From contig JAUCBJ010000463.1 of NCBI GenBank assembly GCA_032718475.1, positions 1 through 49,365 on the forward strand: DNA of 49,365 nucleotides. The letters run 5' to 3'. Made by a program: the position numbers and the translations under genes. This DNA is from Nemertoderma westbladi (lineage: Eukaryota > Animalia > Xenacoelomorpha). Below, piece after piece: positions 11,925 through 23,543 of the stretch. Position 1 is the first letter of the stretch, and each line of letters starts with the position of its first letter. The notes under the pieces were generated by a model that ran no database searches, was not told the origin of the DNA, and saw only the letters and a list, made by a program, of their open reading frames with translations.

Positions 11925-13307
11925 TAATTCGTCATTTTACCATATTTTGGGGTAAATTAAATTTCCAAAACAAAGGCTCAAAAAAAGGTATTTTGGGGTA
12001 ATTCTAAACTATTTTGGGGTATTTTGGGGTAATTCTAAACTATTTTGGGGTATTTTGGGGTAGTTTTATACTATTTTGGGGTCTTTTGGGGTATTTTGGG
12101 GTAATTCGTAGGACCGCTTGATAAAAATGTTTGTTGTAGCCTACTCCTGTAATCTAAGAAATACTGAAATATTGAATAGGCCTATAGCGGATTTTCCGAC
12201 ATTATTATGATATTGCCACCTGCCAGTCTGGTTCCTGGCTTAATTTGACATTATGTCAAATTTGACATTTTGCTTTTCAAATTTGACATTTCATGCTAAA
12301 TTTGACATGGAAAAAGAGAAAAAGTGCTTTGGGAGTTCAATTATTTAATTGGGAATCTGAATTTTTATATGTAGACATTAATTTGCCATTTGAACATTTT
12401 CACCAGGGGTAATTGAAATTCACCAAGAATTTTTTGAAATAATTACGTTTTAAATTCTGCAAGATTCAAATTTGACATGACATTCCAAATTTGACATATA
12501 ATATTCAGTAGTATAAATATATAAGACGATTTGATGTTGAAGGTTTATTCAGTTATTATTAAATCTGTTTAATTGATCCGACACCGACATCAATTTTAAT
12601 TATTATAGCTTTACTGCTTTATATTTTAAACTGGACAACTGATGAAATGAAAAATGGGATATTTTATTACCGGTACGGATTCCTTCTGGAAAGGAGCAGG
12701 TTACAAAGGCACATTATTTTAACCAAAACAATAAACTAAACACAATAGAACAAGTTACAGTTTAATTTTTGAGAGTAATCAACTGTTAATTGTGTCCAAT
12801 TTCCCATGGAGAGGGATGCAAGTAATCAATTATATAAATTTTATATTGCGGCCAGACAGAGCCAAACATAGGCTGATAGGCTGATAGGTTAAGGTTGAAA
12901 GCTGGCTGCATAGAAATCATGGAAATGACATTTAATAACTAACCCGCAATCTTTAATCGCAATCTTTAAAAATAAACAAGAATCTGTAAATTATTTAAAG
13001 AACACAAATCATTGTTAGGCCTATATCTGTATATTATATCTACATGCAATTTCAGAACTCAATATCAATACAATTTATGAACCACAAAAGATTAGGACTA
13101 GTCACTAGTGCAATATAATATATATTCTAATGGCAGAATGGCTGAATGGTATGAAATGAATGATTCAGAACAGACTATTCATCAGTTTCAGGCTCCTCTT
13201 CTTTGGTACCTATTGCTCATATCTTGTTGGATTTGGAAGTACAAATCGACTAGTTCTTGTTTTTTCTTGGACAATTTAAGGAGTTCTGAGTATTCTACGA
13301 AATCAGA

Positions 13308-15204
13308 CAGTCGGTGAGAAGTCAAAAATTGGACTTCAAGTCCAATTTTAGACTTCAAGTCCAATTTTGGACTCCAAAGTCCAATATTGGACTTTAGTAC
13401 AACTCCAAGTGTACCCATGCTGCCATACTGTATATCGGTATTTAAATCAAAACTGCATCCCGTATCAGTACATATATATTACATAATTACAATGCAACAT
13501 TATTTTAATGATCAAATTAATTATTATAACTATAAGTATTATAAGCAGGGATCGCACGTACAGTCAGACATCAGTAGTTACTTTTTGCGGTAGTGGTATG
13601 GCTTTGCGGTAGCCTTACTGCCTTAGCGGTGTATACCGCGGTAGCGGTAGTTGAGTTATAGCTGTATAGTTCATTCATACCCATACCTGTGGTATTTTCG
13701 TATGGCAAAAATAAGACTACTGAAAACTGTAACCTATTATGTAATTGAGTTAATGTTTATTGAGTAATCGTTTTGATTAGGTTCACAGTGTCAAGTACAA
13801 TATACACATCTCTGCATCTCCAACCAGACACTATATAACGTTGGAGGTGTCTCATTCAGTCATTGGTTCCCCCAAGCTTGCCACTAGAACAAAGCCGCCC
13901 CCGCTTTGCAGGACATCGCTTTTAATTTAAGCCGTGAGGACCAGCCAGTGCACCTCATGGAGTGAATAAGCATGGTGGACAGCCCATGACTTTCTTGAGA
14001 CGCATCTTTCTTACTGTCTTAAAGGACACTGGCCTTGAAAATGCGGATGATCTAGCAAATGTTATGGGTGATAAGGCTGTAAGAGTGTAAGGGAGTTGTG
14101 GAGGCGCACTTTTGTCAACAAGCCGGCACAGCATTCTTAATACAGTAATAGGGTCTATACCGGTATATATAATGCAGCTGTAATGCAGCATGCCGATTGT
14201 AGTAGTAGTATGTGGTGAGGTGATAGGGCTCCTTCAATTGGTAAAGTTAAAAGTGGCCGTTTATTGTTTCAGTTAGAAAAGCCTGCATCTGTCAGTCTGT
14301 AACCTGTTCCTTTCCCTCAATTGGTTTATAATTATGACGTGTGTTACTTCTTACTTCTGTACTTATTATGTGGAGACCCCAACACGTTAATCAGTTAATA
14401 ATCCCCTTTCATTATACAGCTGTTTTAAAACACCCTTCCTGTTGTATGGAAAAATTAGAAGAGATGGTGGTAGCATCAACTTGTAGTATTTCTTTCTGAT
14501 ATGACTCCCATAGGCTTAGACGAAATAATAGCTTGTACTGTAGTTAGCCTTAGCAGCAGCTGTTGTTGGCAAACCTGGCATTGCTACCAGTTTCCACCAA
14601 ATATAATTTGTAATTAAATATTTGTTGGAGCATAATCTAATCTAGTCCTAAAGACTCTACTGCTCTAAAATCCTGGGTACATAAGGCTGTAAGGTTAGAC
14701 ATAACATGAATGTAAACAATATGCTAAAAGTAAAGTACAAAGTACCGGTACCTAGAATGCTAGAATGTACCATTTAGCCTATATTCTAAGTACAGTACAC
14801 TGAAGATACATACAGAGCTGCAAAGGTAACTTTCCATAACTTAAAAGCTGTCTGGCTGTCTCTCATCTGTCATGCTTCATGTACCTTTAAGTTTGATTCT
14901 CAATCTGTCAATGTCACGTCCAAAATTAGACTTAAAGTCCAATATTGGACTTTTGTAAAAATTCAAAGCCTTATAAAAAAAGTTCCCCCTGGTGAATTTC
15001 AGGTCCCCCTGTTCAAAACTCTTATTTTTTGATATATTTTCGATTAAAAAAAAAAAATCCCGCCCGATCCAATTACCCAAGGCCCTGGAACAATTGGCTG
15101 ATTTGAAGTCCAATATTGGACTCACAGAAGTCCAATTTTGGACTTGAACTGGAGTCGAAGTCCAATTTTGGACTCAAGTCCAATTTTTGACTTCTCACCG
15201 ACTG
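13308..15204 (+). mobile_element. Nested non-autonomous DNA transposon, TIR CAGTCGGTGAGAAGTCAAAAATT, 5-bp TSD TCAGA; contains an RTE 3' fragment
   Basis: TCAGA|CAGTCGG...CCGACTG|TCAGA, with palindromic AGTCCAA.NTTGGACT subterminal repeats. Confidence 0.9.
13783..14210 (+). pseudogene. Decayed RTE LINE 3' end inside the CAGTCGG element (inverted counterpart at ~19632-20103)
   Basis: Aligns by eye to ~364-729 with many short insertions. Confidence 0.85.
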
Positions 15205-15760
15205 TCAGACTGCCAATTAGACAAAATATCTATCAATTTTTCTCGCAGTTGCTCCGCAGTTAATTTTGCAATTGCTTCTGTTTTTACCCGGTCGATAGGC
15301 AAGCATATGTAGCATTTCCATCGAACTCGACTTGCTCACAGAGGGATTTGGGATTGCTCGTACACGTACATTGCCTGATTATATTTTTACTGAATACAAC
15401 TAAAGAAAGTACTATTAACTATTTGTTTAACTATTAAGTCAGTAAGTACTATCAACTACCAACCAACTACCCGTATTTGCCTTGACATCTGTCTGTCTGT
15501 CTTTTAACTATGCCTATAGACAGATAGATAGAATTTAAACAACGAAATGGCAATTTTGACATTAGTGACAAATTTGACATGCCACATGTCAAATTTGACA
15601 TAATGTCAAATTAAGCCGGGAACCAGACTGCCTGCAGATCTGGCCATACTGTCATAAACAGATAAAGGCCCGATCTGCCGATAGTGATTATGTAAATGCA
15701 GGGTGACAGACCGAACGTAATCAGGATCGAATTTACAGATTTAACATAGTTTTTACGAAT

Positions 15761-16403
15761 CGAACATAACCTCAATTATGTTACAGTGTTAGGTACTGTT
15801 CAAGGACAGCTCTACTAGCTGACTAGTAGAGTAGAAGTAGAGTAGTCTGGTAGTAGTAGAGCTGTCCTTGGTACTGTTACATTAGATCCTATAACTATGT
15901 TACATTCTGACATTCGATCTACAAATTACTAAGCTCGAATGTAACATACATTTATTTCAGTTCTGCAGTTGTGGTTTGATTTCAGGAGTTAAACGATGAA
16001 ATGCTTCATTTATTTACAGGAAGAAACAGTTTGGTGGGTAGAAAAAAACAAAGACCCAAGATCCAATTAAGTAACCTGCATATTCTTGTAACATGTGTTA
16101 ACTTTCGTTTATTGTTTTGGTTCCCCCAACACGCCTCTGTAACCTGCTCCTTTAAATAAAAGTAACCTGCAGACCTGCATAATCTTGTACCATGCTGCCA
16201 TGTGTTAACTTTCGTTTATTGCTGTATTGTGTTGGTTTCCCCAACACGTCTGTCAGTCTGTGGTAAGGGTAACCTGCTCCTTTAAATGTTAAATGGCAAT
16301 GTTACATTCGGGCTTAGTAATTTGTAGATCGAATGTAACATAGGCTGATAGGCCTAGTCTGATAGTTATAGGATCCAATGTAACATAATTGCGGTTACGT
16401 TCG
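15761..16403. mobile_element. MITE with long imperfect TIRs (CGAAC.TAACC.CAATTATGTTACA...), present in both copies (B at ~40874-41532)
   Basis: GATCTACAAATTACTAAGC.CGAATGTAACAT is mirrored at 16299-16341. Confidence 0.7.
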
Positions 16404-16631
16404 ATAGGGCCCCAGACTGGAATCCATACACTTTGCGCCGGATTAATCCGGCCCTGGCTGCCTGGCAGGCTGGCTTAGCCTACCGCTTCAATACCGCTAG
16501 ACTAGGCCTACTTCTGTACTTTACCTGTTTACCGTTCACGCACCGTTGGATGTGAACAGGGCTTAAAACTGTAAAACGTGACTGCAGGCAGCAGCCAGCA
16601 GGGTAGCCGTAGCGGTAGGACTGTACCTGGC

Positions 16632-18129
16632 CCAGCCTGGAAAAAGTCACCCAGGCGCGCACAACGCCCGCGCACTTCATTGCCAACCGCGCATTCCCAT
16701 ATAGAAAAATCGCGCACCCCAAGAATCTTAACCGCGCACCCCAAAAATCTCAACCGCGCACCCAAAAAATTCAACCGCGCACCCCCAGACCCCGAAAATA
16801 AAAGGTAGGAGGATAGTGTGACAAACAAGTGTGGAAACAAGTGTGACGTTATGCTGTTATGAAAGGTTTTATTAAAAAAAATTTATATTTAAAATTGTAT
16901 GCCTACAGTATATTTCTCTAGTTCAATTTTGGAATAAAAAATTTCATTGCGAAATCTAATAACTATTTACATACATGTATAATGCGTACATGGAGTTCTT
17001 GGAAATGCTGCGACCAGAGTAAGTACGGAAACGGAAATAAGGTAGCATAATGTAATCAGGTCATACTGTATGTTTAGGTTAACCGATCACAGTTCTGAAT
17101 TAAAAATGTAATGTTCTTAGTGGAATCATATACATTTATTGGTATATTTACATTCATATTTATGTACTTTTATTTGTTTATTTAAAGGTCAGCAATAATA
17201 TTAAAGGTTTTAAAAAGAATATTAGAGAATTTCAAAACATATTTTCGGCCGAAATATTTTTTTACATTTGTTCAGCTCTTTCATTTGATGTCATTTTCGG
17301 CCGAAATTTCGGCCGAAATATTATATTACATTTTTTCAGCTCTTTCATTTGATGTCATTTTCGGCCGAATTCTCGACCGAAATTTCGGCCGAACATGTCA
17401 TCAAATGGAAGAGCTGAAAATGTAATAAAATATTTCGGTCGAGATTTCGGCCAAAATTTCGGCCGAAATTTCGGCCGAAAATGATATCAAATTGAAGAGC
17501 TGAAAAAATGTAATAATATATTTCGGCCGAAAATTCAGTCGAAATTTCGGCCGAAAATGACATCAAATGAAAGAGCTGAAAAAATGTAACAAAATATTTC
17601 GGCCGTTTTGAAATTCTCTAATATTCTTTTTAAAACCTTTAATATTATTGCTGACCTTTTGGCGTTAACGGCGCCTCATATTTACCTTGCCAAGTAATAG
17701 TGTTATGATAAAAAACTAATAAATTTTGAACTAAAAATTAACTGTTTTTCTAAACATATGCTTAAAACATATGTAAGTAATAAGTATGGAAATCGAAAAC
17801 GAAATAGTTGAAATAACCTGCCACGAATGCATATGACGACATAAATACATACAAGACGAAGACAATACATATGTCAATTAAAATTTCCGTACTTACATAT
17901 GTTTTCAGCATATGTGCAGAAAAACAGGAAAATTTTTGGCGCGCAAGAGCGCGCACACACACGCCATGTGCGCGCAAGCGCGTACACGTATGCCATGTGC
18001 GCGCAAGCGCGCACATGTGGCTTGCTCTGTGGGCGCACGGCGCACGTTTTTGGCCTTTTCTGCGCACGCGCACCCATTATTTTACCGCGCACAACGCGTT
18101 TTAATTTTTGCAAACATTTTCCAGGCTGG
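16632..18129. mobile_element. Non-autonomous DNA transposon, TIR CCAGCCTGGAAAA, 8-bp TSD TACCTGGC, CGCGCAC-rich subtermini; copy A only
   Basis: TSD at 16624-16631 and 18130-18137. Single TACCTGGC at ~41755 in copy B. Confidence 0.88.
17184..17659. repeat. ~475-bp near-perfect foldback with internal TTTCGGCCGAAA palindromes
   Basis: AAAGGTCAGCAATAATATTAAAGG... is mirrored by ...CCTTTAATATTATTGCTGACCTTT; symmetry extends nearly to the centre. Confidence 0.85.
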
Positions 18130-18362
18130 TACCTGGCTGCCTGGCTGATCGGCAGATCGGTACTACAGTATGTACTACTGTATGTATGTAGGGCCTACTT
18201 GAATCGCTGAATGCTGCAATGTCTGAATGATTGAATGAATGATTTCGTTTATCAGTCTTTACTGTTTAGGCCTACTGCAGTACTAACTGTGTACTGAATG
18301 CAGAATGAAAAGGGAAAATGAAAAAAATAATGATTAGCTTTTGCCTAACAACAGTATTTTTA

Positions 18363-21300
18363 GGGTATAACTTTTGCGTAGAGGTATAGCCTACATAGAG
18401 GCTACATGTAGGTAGGTATGTGTAGCCTACATGTAGATGCACGTGTAGGGTGAATGTAGGTAGGTGTAGGTAGGTCTTTAAAAACAACAATGATGAATGA
18501 ATAGGCCTACACGGGGTACCCGGACCCGAACTTCCTCGATGAGATGCGAATGCGGCGAACGGGGGTGGTACCCGGAACAACCACGAAGAGATGCGCATAT
18601 GGCGGGCGGTGGTACCCGACAGTCGGTGAGAAGTCAAAAATTTGACTTGAGTCCAAAATTGGACTTCGACTCCAGTTCAAGTCCAAAATTGGACTTCTGT
18701 GAGTCCAATATTGGACTTCAAATCAGCCAATTGTTCCAGGGCCTTGGGTAATTGGATCGGGCGGGATTTTTTTTCTTTAATCGAAAATATATCAAAAAAT
18801 AAGAGTTTTGAACAGGGGGACCTGAAATTCACCAGGGGGAACTTTTTTTTATAAGGCTTTGAATTTTTACAAAAGTCCAATATTGGACTTTAAGTCCAAT
18901 TTTGGACGTGACATTGTGAATCGAACTTAAAGGTACATGAAGCATGACAGATGAGAGACAGCCAGACAGCTGCTAAGTTATGGAAAGTTACCTTTGCAGC
19001 TCTGTATGTATCTTCAGTGTACTGACTGTACTGTACTTAGAATATAATGGTAGGCCTACATTATAGCATTCTAGGTACTTTGTACTTTACTTTTAGCATA
19101 TTGTTTAGTTTACAATTTACATTCATGTTATGTCTAACCTTACAGCCTTATGTACCCAGGACTTTATAGTGTCTTTAGGACTAGATTAGATTATGTTCCA
19201 ACAAATATTTAATTACAAATTATATTTGGTGGATACTGGTAGCAATGCCAGGTTAGCCAACTGCAGCTGCTGCTAAGGCTAACTACAGTACAAGCTACGA
19301 TTTCGTCTAAGGCTATGGGAGCCCTATCAGAAAGAAATACTACAAGTTGATGCTACCACCTGACCACCATCTCTTCTAATTTTTCCATACAACAGGAAGG
19401 GTATTATAAAACGGCTGGATAACAGGATAATGAAATGGGATTAGTAACTGATTAACGTGTTGGGGTCTCCACATAATAAGTACATAAGTAACAAGCAGAC
19501 AAGTAACACACGTCATAATCATAAACCAATTGAGGGAAAGGAACAGGTTACAGAGGCAGGCTTTTCTAACTAAAACAATAAACGGCCACTTTTGACTTTA
19601 CCAATTGAAGGAGCCCTATAACCTCACCACATACTACTACTACAATCGGCATGATTCATTGCAGCTGCATTATATATATAGCAGTCAGGCAGTATAGGCC
19701 CTATTATGTATTAAGAATGCTGTGCCGGCTTGTTAACAAAAGTGCGCCTCCACAACTCTCTTACACTTTTACAGCCTTATCACCCATGACATTTGCTAGA
19801 TCATCCGCATCTTCAAGGCCAGTGTCCTTTAAGACAGTACAGCAGTAAGAAAGATGCGTCTCAAGAAAGTCATGGGCTGTCCACCATGCAGCCATGCTTA
19901 TTCACTCCATGACTGCATGAGGTGCACTGGCTGGTCCTCACGGCTTAAAGCGATGTCCTGCAAAGCGGAGGCGGCTTTTTTCTAGTGTCAAGCTAGGGGG
20001 AACGAATGACTGAATGAGACACCTCCAACTCCAATGTTATATAGTGTCTGGTTGGAGATGCAGAGATGTGTGCATTGTCAGATTGTACTTGACACAGTGA
20101 ACCTAATCAAAACAATTAGTCAATAAACATTAACTCAATAACATAATAGGTTACAGTTTACAGTAGTCTTATTTTTGCCATACGAAAATACCACAGGTAT
20201 GGCAGTCAGTATGGGTATGAATGAACTATACAGCTATAACTCAACTACGCTACCGCGGTATACACCGCTAAGGCAGTAAGGCTACCGCAAAGCTATACCA
20301 CTAACGCAAAAAGTAACTACTGATGTCTGACTGTACGTGTGCGATCCCTGTTTATAACATTGTATAATACATATAATAATTAATTTGATCATTAAAATAT
20401 GTTGCATTGTAATTGTAATTAGGCCTATGTAATATAGGCCTATATGTACTGATACGGGATGCAGTTTTGATTTAAATACCGATATACAGTATGGCAGCAT
20501 GGCTGCATGGGTACACTTGGAGTTGTACTAAAGTCCAATATTGGACTTTGGAGTCCAAAATTGGACTTGAAGTCTAAAATTGGACTTGAAGTCCAATTTT
20601 TGACTTCTCACCGACTGCCCGAAACAACCAGGAGGAGATGCGAATACGTCGAATGGGGGTCCCCTGAATACCCACGAGACGGAGCCTATCAATACTACAG
20701 TACTGACAAAGGAAAAAACGACTGAACGATATACCGATACATACTGTAGATCTTATGATCCTGCGGGTTCAGGCATGGAGGCTAATGAATGACTTTGTAT
20801 GGGCCGAACGGCCCGAACCTGATGTTTCCAGTCAAGGAGGAATCGACTAACGGTTCGGCTTAAGGCTCGTTGTCGGTGTCCATGAGGGTCTGAGGATGAG
20901 TGGGTAATTCAACAAAACGCTAACAATGATATCGGACTGACTGATTGAACCAGAGTGGCGATGGTAGTCGCTGATGTATATATATTATATATATTATATA
21001 TATCATGTATTGATTGTTAGTAGATATTTTTTTATAGTATTTGTTTATTAAATTGTCTTCAATGTCTATATTGATAATATTGTGTGCTGTGCTGATTTTA
21101 CTTATTTTTCATTTTATAAATCTTGCTGTGGCCGTTATACTGTTATAATCTACTAAACTGCCGTATCAATTTCATGATATTTTAATGGATATGCAATTTA
21201 ACTTTTTCTTTCTATTAACTTTCAATGCAATCAAATATAACTGTAAAGCTATTGACTTTCGTGTTATTGTTTTGCTGTTACTTCGAGATGGGATTTGAAT

Positions 21301-22059
21301 CCCATCGGATTACTGATTAATTCCCATCATCGAGATGGGAATACTTTATAATGAAACAGTGTGGTGGTCCGCGGGATAGTGGGAAGGGATGGGACTGTTG
21401 CTGGTTGGTGGAATGTGACTGCCTGAAAAATTAAAACAAACAAAACTTCCAGACTTCTATATTTTTACTTTCAAAACAAAACGTCCAAAACATTTCAATG
21501 CTGAAGTACTGTTCAAGTCCCATGGATGTATGGTTGATAAACAGATAAAGAGGGGCAGAGGGGGGTCAGGGTTTCTGGTAGACTAGTCCCCGCGATGATG
21601 GCTGTTCTTGTTTAGGTTACTCTTACTTAATAAACATATAAATCTGAACGAGTTAATCTAATGGAACGATGCCTTTCGTGGCGTTAGCATACTCAAATTT
21701 ATTAGGGCATAATATTTATGACGAGTATGGATGGAGTAAGGGACTTTAGTATAATCAGAACGCGATGTTTGATATTTATACAGACTGCAGTATGCAGTAA
21801 AACCTGTTATCTGACAGCAGACAGGTCTGCAGGTTGATGTACCGTATTGTACCGTGGAGATCAGAGATTATTGCCATACATCCTGATTGACGACCGTGTA
21901 TCACGTTACTGCAAAGTTGACACATAAATTACATTAATATCTATGGGACTACACCTACCTACATTCACCCTACACGTGCATCTACATGTAGGCTACACAT
22001 ACCTACATGAAGCCTCTATGTACTGATGTAGGCTATACCTCTACGCAAAAGATATACCC
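18363..22059. mobile_element. Mutator-like (MULE) non-autonomous element, ~105-bp TIRs starting GGGTATA, 9-bp TSD GTATTTTTA; copy A only
   Basis: TSD at 18354-18362 and 22060-22068. Empty site at ~41982. Long TIR plus 9-bp TSD is typical of MULEs. Confidence 0.82.
18620..20617 (-). mobile_element. Second, inverted copy of the CAGTCGG element, 5-bp TSD CCCGA, nested in the MULE
   Basis: CCCGA|CAGTCGG...CCGACTG|CCCGA; reverse complement of 13308-15204. Confidence 0.9.
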
Positions 22060-22810
22060 GTATTTTTAAAGCAATCCATGTGGCATTGATGCCTGGTGCA
22101 GATAAAGCGTTGCCATAGGTACCCAATTTAAAACCAATCAGGAAATAGTAGGCCTACAGAGAAGCACTCACTTCTCTACTTTAAAGGATGGGACGGGGGG
22201 GGGGGGGGGGGGGGGGATGAGATGAAGATACCTTGACCTTCATATTACGAGGTGTGATAAATTGAAATAATTATAAAATGGCGATCAAGATTAAAATTAA
22301 ATATCATTAGAAATGCAGGCGCCTGAATCCGTACCAGTGGGGGCAATTTTTTTGTCGATTTTCCCTATGCCCGTGGTGAAACACTTATGCGTTTAATTAC
22401 CATTCTGGCACGGATTCAGGATAGAGCGGAAATGCACACCCAGCGTGCATATTCAAGACACCAGCGCACTGTTGCACTGTGGGTAAGAAAAGGTTTAATA
22501 CTGTAAAGGACCAACAACTAAAATAAGATAAAACACTATTTATACATACTGTATTTGTTTTAAAATATATGTACGTAGGCCTACAGAATTGACATTGGCC
22601 GGTTTTTCATGGCCCGGGTCCGTTCATTTTAAATTTTCTAAACATTACAGCTTAAAAATAATACAATTTTAACTTTTATGATCAATTTATATGCACTGAT
22701 TCAAAATACTATATCGGTTTGTCATTGTGAGCCACTTTTCTGGTTATTTGTGCATTAGAATAATCGAAATATAGGCCTACTTACTATATATGCATAACAT
22801 GTTACTACAT

Positions 22811-23543
22811 CGTCCCTTTCATTTTCAAACAACCTAAATGACAAAATTGACTTTTCCTGTAAAACGGCATTTTCGATTCCAATTTTGTTTGTTTAATGTT
22901 TAATGTTTGAAAGTAATATTCCAGGATTTTGGTCTTATTTACTTTTAAATCCATTAAATGTAACGATTTTAAACAAAAACAGTTATGGTATTGGAATTAT
23001 GTAATACTGTATATTATACTGTAGGTAGGAAACAATGTATAGGGATATTGGTTGTTTCAAAAAAAATATTACATTTTTTACAATGCTTACTCAAAAAGCA
23101 TTAAAACTCTCAAGACAAATTCGATTATTAAGTTTTAAAAATATAAAACAAATCACCCTCTATCATAATAAACAACAATTCTAGCTCCTGATACGTTTTT
23201 TCCAATTTTATATTACCGTTTCCCAGGCTTACTCTATTTATAATAGTAACATGTATTATATAGGTTGTTTCAAAAAAATAATTCTTTATCATGCGGTCTA
23301 TGCAAAACTGGTATATAGGTGTGTTAATCGGATTCAGAATACATTTTAACAGAAAGAAATGCAGCAATCTCCATTTCGGCAAAAATGTCATATTGGTGGT
23401 TTCAAAATGAAAGTGAATTGTTGATAATAAGTGAATTGTTGTGGGGTGAGTGACGCGGTGAATTAAATATATAATGTAAATAGGACAATATTTTTCGCTA
23501 TGGAGAGCATTATCATATTGTCCTATTTAAAATGAAAGGGACG
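22811..23543. mobile_element. MITE, TIR CGTCCCTTTCATTTT, 4-bp TSD ACAT (possibly Sola-like); copy B at 42725-43440
   Basis: ACAT|CGTCCC...GGGACG|ACAT in both copies. Confidence 0.72.

Larger units (their letters stand above)
9710..12116. mobile_element. Non-autonomous DNA transposon, (G/C)GGTCCTACGAATTACCCC TIRs with 11-bp subterminal repeats, 8-bp TSD CTTGATAA; copy A only
   Basis: TSD at 9702-9709 and 12117-12124. Empty site (CTTGCTAA, one mismatch) at ~40650 in copy B. Confidence 0.88.
12224..15630. mobile_element. Non-autonomous DNA transposon, ~45-bp TIR CAGTCTGGTTCC[T/C]GGCTTAATTTGACAT, 5-bp TSD CCTGC; copy A only
   Basis: TSD at 12219-12223 and 15631-15635. Empty site CCACCTGCAGATC at ~40750. 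Confidence 0.9.
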
